Shown one piece after another: positions 56,587 through 64,000 of a stretch of DNA of 64,000 nt. This DNA is from an uncultured delta proteobacterium. GTDB taxonomy: Bacteria; Myxococcota; Myxococcia; Myxococcales; Anaeromyxobacteraceae. A program made the translations under genes and the position numbers. Under the pieces are notes generated by a model. The model made no database searches, was not told the origin of the DNA, and saw only the letters and a program-made list of their open reading frames with translations. Positions within the stretch are counted from its first letter, which is position 1. Every line of letters begins with the position of its first letter. The DNA lies in the NCBI GenBank assembly GCA_963828255.1, contig CAWHDZ010000007.1, forward strand, positions 1 through 64,000. Direction: 5' to 3'.

Positions 56587-58390
56587 CACGGGTGTCCTCC
56601 GGGCCGCGGATCAGATCCACCGCGCCGGCCAGGCCGAGCTCGGAGACGGGGCGCCCCTCCACCGTGAGGATCTCGTCCCCCGCCGCGAGCCCCGCCTCCG
56701 CCGCCCCGCCCCCGGGGATGACGGCGGTGACGCGCAGCGACGATCTGCCTTGCCGCGCCAGCGAGGCGCCGATGCCGGCCAGCTCCACGCGCGGCTCCTC
56801 CCCCTCGGCCACGGGGGTGAGCTTCACCTCGACCGGACCGGCCACCCCGCCGTCGGGGACCTCGATGCCGGTGACGATGCGGGAGTGGTGGCCGTCGGCG
56901 GCCACGTGGAGGGACACCGTCCGGACCGGCAGCCCGGCGACCAGGAAGGAGCCGTCCGCCCCGGCCAGGGCCGTCGCCCCCGGGTCGAGCACGGACGGCT
57001 CGCCCCCGCCGTCGCCCTCGAGCGCGATCCGCGCGCCGGGCAGCGCCTGGCCGGTGGCCCGGTCGGTCACCCGCCCCGAGATGCGCCCACCCTGGGCCAG
57101 GTGGAGATCCACCTCGGCGACGCCGGGGTGATCGGGGACCGTCGCCTCCACCTCGGGGGAGGGGACGTGGCCCGGGGCGGAGGCGGTGATCACCACCGGC
57201 CCGGGCGGCAGGTCGGCGAGCGCGAAGCGCCCCGATGCGTCCACCACGGTGGTGGCGCGCAGGAGGAGCTTCCAGCCGCGGCCGCCGCGCCGGACCTCCA
57301 CGCGGAAAGGGGCGAGGGGGCGGCCCGTCCCGGCCTCCCGCACCACGCCGGCCAGCGTTCCTCCCCGGGTGAGCTCGACGGTCGCCTCCTCGCCCGCGCG
57401 CGCCACCACCGCCCGCGCCTGGGCGAAGCCTTCCCGCGACGCGGCCAGCAGGTGGCGGCCGGGGCCCAGGTCACTCAGGGTGAATCGACCCTCGGCGTCG
57501 GAGGTGGCCTGGGCCGCCACCAGGTCCTCGGCGGATCCCGGGCCGCCCCGGAGGAGCAGCCGGGCGGAGACCAGCGCGCCGTCCACGGGAGCGCCCCCGG
57601 AGAGGACGCGGCCGGTGATCCGCGCGAGGCCGTCCTGGGTCGTGGCGGCGCCCAGCTTCACCACCACGCGCCGGGTGCTCCGGGCCGCGAGGTCGAGCGT
57701 GACCCGCCCGGGCGCGAACCCGGCGTGGCGGGCCTCGAGCGTGGCGCCGTCGGAGGCGGAGAGGGTGAAGGCGCCGGCCGGGCCGCTCGTCGCGCGCTCC
57801 GCGGAGGGCATGAGCGCACGGTCGCCGGTGTCGCCGCCGATCACGCGGACCTCCGCCCCCTCGACCGGACGCCCTCCCGGGTCCTCCACCCGCCCGGAGT
57901 ACGGGACCAGCGGCTCCAGCCAGAGCGAGAGGCCGCGCACCCGCTCCCCGGGACGGGCGTCCAGCACCACGGGGCTGTGCCCCCACTCCGGCGCGAACGG
58001 GGAGTGGCCCGGCGCCGAGGCGGCGGCGAGTTGCCAGCGCCCCGCCTCGGGCGGCTCGAACCGGAAGGAACCGTCGGCGGCGCAGCGGACCGAGGCGGCT
58101 GCCCCGCCGCGGGAGAAGGTGACCTCCGCGCCGGGGAGCCCGGCCGCGGTGCCCCGGGAGCGGACCGTGCCCTCGAAGGCGCCGCGGGGGGCTGGGGGAT
58201 TGGAGGGCGGGGCGGCCGCGGAGCCCGGCTCGAACGTGGAGGGCGGCGCGGTTGCGGACCCGACGGGAGCGCCGGCACGGGTGGTTCCGGCGGCCTCCCC
58301 GTCCGGGTTCCCCCGGGGCCGGAGCCAGAGGGCCAGGAGCACGAGGAGGGCGGCCCCGGCGAGGGCGGCGAGTGCCTGGCGGCGGCGCAT
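56513..58390 (-). CDS. Membrane-anchored carboxypeptidase-regulatory-like repeat protein with C-terminal PDZ domain
   Basis: N-terminal TM; repeated G.V....G.P..GA.V units; AGIGASL..VIPGGGAAEAGL..GDEIL.V.G..IRGPEDTRV.L. Confidence 0.85.
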   Translation of the reverse strand: MRRRQALAALAGAALLVLLALWLRPRGNPDGEAAGTTRAGAPVGSATAPPSTFEPGSAAAPPSNPPAPRGAFEGTVRSRGTAAGLPGAEVTFSRGGAAASVRCAADGSFRFEPPEAGRWQLAAASAPGHSPFAPEWGHSPVVLDARPGERVRGLSLWLEPLVPYSGRVEDPGGRPVEGAEVRVIGGDTGDRALMPSAERATSGPAGAFTLSASDGATLEARHAGFAPGRVTLDLAARSTRRVVVKLGAATTQDGLARITGRVLSGGAPVDGALVSARLLLRGGPGSAEDLVAAQATSDAEGRFTLSDLGPGRHLLAASREGFAQARAVVARAGEEATVELTRGGTLAGVVREAGTGRPLAPFRVEVRRGGRGWKLLLRATTVVDASGRFALADLPPGPVVITASAPGHVPSPEVEATVPDHPGVAEVDLHLAQGGRISGRVTDRATGQALPGARIALEGDGGGEPSVLDPGATALAGADGSFLVAGLPVRTVSLHVAADGHHSRIVTGIEVPDGGVAGPVEVKLTPVAEGEEPRVELAGIGASLARQGRSSLRVTAVIPGGGAAEAGLAAGDEILTVEGRPVSELGLAGAVDLIRGPEDTRVRLVVRRGETPPAEVWVWRRLVRG

Positions 58391-58437
58391 GGTCGTGGGA
58401 GCCTACACCCGGCCGCCCGGTGCGCGTGGCGATGGCG

Positions 58438-58481
58438 TTGACGAGGGCGCCCCCTCCGTGTTAATCCGTTCATCCGGATAA
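58438..58481 (+). promoter_or_regulatory. sahR-ahcY promoter (TTGACG -35) with SahR-like operator taATCCGttcatcCGGATaa
   Basis: ATCCG-N6-CGGAT palindrome at 58464-58479 overlapping the -10 region. Confidence 0.65.
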
Positions 58482-58485
58482 GCGA

Positions 58486-59436
58486 ATGGAATCGGCGACG
58501 GCACGACCCGAGGGGCTCTTCGGCTGGATGGAGGGGCTGGCAGACCCGACCCGGCTCAGGCTCCTCCACGTCCTGGAGCGGCACGAGCTCGGGGTGGCGG
58601 AGCTCTGCGAGGTGCTCCAGCAGCCCCAGTCCACCGTCAGCCGCCACCTCAAGATCCTCTCCTCCCAGGGCTGGATCGAGGTCCGGCGCCACGGCCAGAA
58701 CCGGCTCTACCGGATGTCCGGCGAGGTCGACCCGGCCGCCCGGCGCCTCTGGAAGGTGGCCCGCGGTGAGAGCGAGCGGTGGGCCACCCTCGCCCAGGAC
58801 CAGCTCCGGCTCGATCGCCGGCTCAAGGAGCGGCGCGGCGGAGGGGACGACTTCTTCGCCGGCGCGGCCGGTGACTGGGACCGGCTGCGGGCCGAGTGGT
58901 ACGGCGCCGGGTTCGGCGTCTCGGCCCTCGTCGCGCTCCTGCCGCCGGGATGGACCGTCGCCGACCTGGGCTGCGGCACCGGCGCGCTCACCGCGGCGCT
59001 CGCGCCCGACGTGGCCCGGGTGGTGGGGGTGGACCGCTCCGCCGACATGCTGCGCTCGGCCCGCCGCCGCACCGCCGGGCTCGGCAACGTGGAGCTGCGG
59101 CGCGGCACCCTCGAGGAGCTGCCCCTCGACGACGCCTCCTGCGACGCGGCCCTGCTCGTGCTCTCGCTGGGCTGGGTGGCCGACCCGGCCCGCGCCCTCT
59201 CCGAGGCGGCCCGGGTGCTGCGCCCGGGCGGCCGCGTCGCGCTCGTGGACGCCGTGCTCCACGACGACGAGGATTTCCGCCGCCGCGCCGGCCAGGTCTG
59301 GCCCGGCTTCGAGCCGGTCCGCGTCGTCGAGATGCTCGGGGCCGCCGGGTTCGCCGACGCCACCTGCCGCCCCCTCCCTCCCGAGCCCGCCGCCAAGGGG
59401 CCCGCGCTGCTGCTGGCCCGTGCACGCCGCCCCTGA
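58486..59436 (+). CDS. sahR: ArsR-HTH + methyltransferase regulator (SahR family)
   Basis: [29 protein letters not shown]...[13 protein letters not shown]; directly upstream of ahcY. Confidence 0.85.
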   Translation: MESATARPEGLFGWMEGLADPTRLRLLHVLERHELGVAELCEVLQQPQSTVSRHLKILSSQGWIEVRRHGQNRLYRMSGEVDPAARRLWKVARGESERWATLAQDQLRLDRRLKERRGGGDDFFAGAAGDWDRLRAEWYGAGFGVSALVALLPPGWTVADLGCGTGALTAALAPDVARVVGVDRSADMLRSARRRTAGLGNVELRRGTLEELPLDDASCDAALLVLSLGWVADPARALSEAARVLRPGGRVALVDAVLHDDEDFRRRAGQVWPGFEPVRVVEMLGAAGFADATCRPLPPEPAAKGPALLLARARRP

Positions 59437-59480
59437 CCTCGTTACCAGAACCCCCAACGACAGAAGGAAGGAACACCAGC

Positions 59481-60950
<1,470 letters not shown>

Positions 60951-60978
60951 GTCGCCACCCGCGCCGGAGGAGGAAGCC

Positions 60979-61476
60979 ATGGCCGAAGAGAAGATCCCCG
61001 GACCCCCGCCGTCGGAGCTCGCCCCCGGCGCCTTCGAGCTGCTCGCCGCCGGCAGGGCCGGCGTCCTCTCCACGCTGTCGGCCCGCAAGCCGGGCTGGCC
61101 GGCGGGGTCGCTGGTCTCCTACGCCCTCGACGGCGTGGGGCGGCCCATCTTCCTCTTCACCGAGCTGGCCCAGCACACCCGCAACCTCCGGACCGACCCG
61201 CGCGCCTCGCTCTTCGTCCAGGAGGCGGGGGCGCGAAATCCGCAGTCGTCCGGGCGGCTGGCCCTGCTGGGGACGCTCACCGAGGTCCCGGGGGGAGAGA
61301 TGTCGGAGGCCCGCGACCGGTACGTGGCCGTCCACCCGGAGGGAAAGTCCTTCGCCGAGCTGGGGGATTTTCTCTTCTGGCACATGAACGTCGAGGACGT
61401 GCACGTCGTGGGGGGCTTCGCCAAGGCCGGCTGGATGTCCTGGCAGGAGTTTCGCGAGAACGCCGCCGGGAAGTGA
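60979..61476 (+). CDS. Pyridoxamine 5'-phosphate oxidase-like (HugZ family) protein
   Basis: GVLSTLS..GWPAGSLV, LAQHTRNLRTDPRASL, VGGFAKAGW. Confidence 0.85.
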   Translation: MAEEKIPGPPPSELAPGAFELLAAGRAGVLSTLSARKPGWPAGSLVSYALDGVGRPIFLFTELAQHTRNLRTDPRASLFVQEAGARNPQSSGRLALLGTLTEVPGGEMSEARDRYVAVHPEGKSFAELGDFLFWHMNVEDVHVVGGFAKAGWMSWQEFRENAAGK

Positions 61477-61509
61477 CGCAAGGGCGGAGCCGGGTTAAGA
61501 AGTCGCACC

Positions 61510-62904
61510 ATGTCCAACCCGACCGATCGCGCCCTCGAGCACTACCGGACCCACGCCGCCTCCTACCTGGAGGATCTGAAGGCCCTGGTCCGCATCCCCA
61601 GCGTCTCCTTCGTGGGTTTCCCCACCGAGCCGGTCCGCAAGAGCGCCGAGGCCACCGCCGACCTCCTGCGCCGCCGCGGCTTCACGAAGGTCGAGATCCT
61701 CGAGGTCGAGGGCGCCCACCCCTACGTCTTCGGCGAGTCGATCGTGGACCCCAAGGCCCCGACCGTCCTCCTCTACGCCCACCACGACGTCCAGCCGGCC
61801 GGCGACGAGCAGATGTGGACCACGCCGCCGTTCGAGCCCGCCGAGCGGGACGGCCGCCTCTTCGGCCGCGGCGCCGCCGACGACAAGGCCGGCATCCTGA
61901 TCCACGCCGCCGCCGCCGACTCCTGGGTCCGCGGGGCCGGCGCGCTCCCGCTCAATCTCAAGGTGGTGATCGAGGGGGAGGAGGAGGTCGGAAGCGACCA
62001 CCTGCCCCAGTTCATCGCGAAGTACCGGAGCCGGCTCGACGCCGACGCGGTGGTCCTCACCGACACCTCCAACGTGGACGCCGGCGTCCCCTGCGTCACC
62101 ATCGCCCTGCGCGGCCTGGTGGTGGCCGAGGTCGAGGTCCGGGCGCTGGAGCAGAGCGTCCACTCCGGCATGTGGGGCGGCCCCATTCCCGACCCGGTGG
62201 TGGCGCTCGCCAAGATGATCGCGCCGCTGGTGGACGCGGACGGCCGCATCGCCATCCCCGGCATCTACGACAAGGTCCGGCCGCTCTCGCCCGCCGAGAA
62301 GCGGGCCATCGAGCTCCTGCCCGTCTCGCCCGAGGAGTTCCGCCGGCAGTCCGGCATGCGCCCGGGAGTGAAGCTGCTGGGCGACGCCCACCCCCTCGAG
62401 ACCAACTGGTGGCAGCCCTCCTTCGGCGTGAACGCCATCCAGGCCTCCAGCCGGAAGGACGCCCGCAACATCGTGAACGACGTGGCCTGGGCCCGCATGG
62501 GCATCCGGCTGGTGCCCGACATGGAGCCGGCCGACGTCGCGCGGCGGCTCGAGGAGGCGCTCCGCAAGAACGCCCCCTGGGGCGTCGAGGTCAAGATCAA
62601 CATCCAGAGCCACGGCCCTGCCTGGAAGACCGACGTCTCCCACCCGGCCTTCCAGGCCGCCTTCCGGGCGCTCGAGAAGGGCTTCGGCCGGGAGCCGCTG
62701 GCCATCGGCTGCGGCGGCAGCATCGGCTTCGTCGAGCCCTTCGTGAAGGCGCTGGGCGGCGTGCCGGCGCTGCTCGTCGGGGTCGAGGACCCGAAGTCGA
62801 ACGCCCACTCGGAGAACGAGAGCCTCAACCTGGCCGACTTCCAGGCCTCGATCCGCAGCGCCATCGTCCTCTACGGCGAGCTGGCCCAGGCGCTCGCGCG
62901 TTAG
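61510..62904 (+). CDS. M20 family dipeptidase
   Basis: LYAHHDVQP, GRGAADDK, IEGEEEVGS, HSGMWGG, GGSI, AHSENE. Confidence 0.93.
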   Translation: MSNPTDRALEHYRTHAASYLEDLKALVRIPSVSFVGFPTEPVRKSAEATADLLRRRGFTKVEILEVEGAHPYVFGESIVDPKAPTVLLYAHHDVQPAGDEQMWTTPPFEPAERDGRLFGRGAADDKAGILIHAAAADSWVRGAGALPLNLKVVIEGEEEVGSDHLPQFIAKYRSRLDADAVVLTDTSNVDAGVPCVTIALRGLVVAEVEVRALEQSVHSGMWGGPIPDPVVALAKMIAPLVDADGRIAIPGIYDKVRPLSPAEKRAIELLPVSPEEFRRQSGMRPGVKLLGDAHPLETNWWQPSFGVNAIQASSRKDARNIVNDVAWARMGIRLVPDMEPADVARRLEEALRKNAPWGVEVKINIQSHGPAWKTDVSHPAFQAAFRALEKGFGREPLAIGCGGSIGFVEPFVKALGGVPALLVGVEDPKSNAHSENESLNLADFQASIRSAIVLYGELAQALAR

Positions 62905-62975
62905 CTGCTTCCCGGAGCGACCCGGCGCGGTAACATCACGCCCTTCCCCGGGACTTCCCGGAGGTGAGGAGATCG

Positions 62976-64000
62976 ATGGCGGCCAGCAAGTTTCCCGACA
63001 GGCAGGGCGAGGAGGCCCGCGCGCTGGAGCGCGCCCGGGACCTCCCCAGCATCCGGACCGCGTCCGACGTGGACGCGCTGCGCCGCGCCTTCGCCGACCA
63101 CCTCCAGTTCTCCATCGGCAAGGACGAGCACTCCGCCACGGCGCTCGACCGCTACCACGCGGTCGCCGACGCGGTGCGCGACCGGATGATGCGCCACTGG
63201 CTGCAGACCCAGCAGACCTATTACCGGAGCGACGCCAAGCGGGTCTACTACCTCTCCCTCGAGTTCCTCATGGGCAAGGCGCTCGAGAACAACCTGCTCA
63301 ACCTCGGGTTGCTCGACAACATGAAGGCGGCGGTCGGAAGCCTCGGCCTGGAGCTTTCCGACCTCTTCGTGCAGGAGCCCGACGCCGGCCTCGGCAACGG
63401 CGGCCTGGGGCGGCTGGCGGCCTGCTTCCTCGACTCGATGGCCACCCTGGCGCTCCCCGCCTACGGCTACGGCATCCGCTACGAGTACGGCATCTTCGAC
63501 CAGGAGATCCGCGACGGCTGGCAGGTGGAGCGCCCCGAGGAGTGGCTTCGCTTCGGGAACCCCTGGGAGATCCCCCGGCCCGAGAACCAGGTGCCGGTGG
63601 CCTTCTTCGGCCGCACCGAGCGCTACCCCGGCCCCGACGGCCGGGAGCGGGTGCGCTGGGTGGACTCGAAGCGCGTGCTGGGCATGGCCTACGACACCCC
63701 CATCGCCGGCTTTCGCAACCGCACCGTGAACAGCCTCCGGCTCTGGAGGGCCCGCTCGCCCGCCGAGTTCGACCTGGCCGACTTCAACGCCGGCGACTAC
63801 CTGGCCGCGGTCGAGGACAAGAACGTCTCGGAGAACATCTCCAAGGTGCTCTACCCCAACGACCTCACCGTCATGGGCAAGGAGCTGCGGCTCCAGCAGC
63901 AGTACTTCTTCGTGGCCTGCTCGCTGCAGGACATCGTCGGCCGCCACCTCAAGATCCACCCGTCGTTCGAGAACTTCCCCGACAAGGTGGCCATCCAGCT
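62976..64000 (+). CDS. glgP: Glycogen/starch phosphorylase, 3' end outside window
   Basis: Manual translation: KRVYYLSLEFLMG, EPDAGLGNGGLGRLAACFLDS, GYGIRYEYGIF, ENISKVLYPND, LRLQQQYF. Confidence 0.96.
   Translation, partial: MAASKFPDRQGEEARALERARDLPSIRTASDVDALRRAFADHLQFSIGKDEHSATALDRYHAVADAVRDRMMRHWLQTQQTYYRSDAKRVYYLSLEFLMGKALENNLLNLGLLDNMKAAVGSLGLELSDLFVQEPDAGLGNGGLGRLAACFLDSMATLALPAYGYGIRYEYGIFDQEIRDGWQVERPEEWLRFGNPWEIPRPENQVPVAFFGRTERYPGPDGRERVRWVDSKRVLGMAYDTPIAGFRNRTVNSLRLWRARSPAEFDLADFNAGDYLAAVEDKNVSENISKVLYPNDLTVMGKELRLQQQYFFVACSLQDIVGRHLKIHPSFENFPDKVAIQ

Noticed and set aside
59437..59480. SAH/SAM riboswitch before ahcY
   Set aside because: Only 44 bp, no recognisable aptamer; a protein regulator is present

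Overview
High-GC chromosomal window with gene content typical of Myxococcota (Anaeromyxobacter-like; inferred from gene content, not verified). About 70 densely packed CDSs, mostly housekeeping: oxyR-like LysR, mobA, fabI, erpA/iscA, pduO, an NtrC-type two-component pair, rarA, nadK, recN, PP2C, secA, apt, nlpD, surE, a complete Rrf2-sufBCDSU-sufT operon, an ECF sigma cassette, sahR-ahcY and the 5' part of glgP. No rRNA, tRNA or canonical CRISPR array was seen. Several genes carry single-base frameshifts (oxyR, dsbA, ATP-grasp, and many at 41.3-42.5 kb), which may be long-read assembly errors. The most unusual locus is at 54.0-55.3 kb: a DUF222-like/HNH endonuclease gene with atypical codon usage, directly preceded by about 7 degenerate ~30-nt hairpin-capable repeat units. 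It is a candidate mobile or RNA-associated nuclease element. Other notable observations are a GGACC-N5-GGTCC operator shared by the suf operon and the distant erpA gene, a J-domain protein with MshEN-like repeats, a secreted PLC/P1-nuclease-like protein, an orphan ATP-grasp ligase, and two genes with internal deletions.
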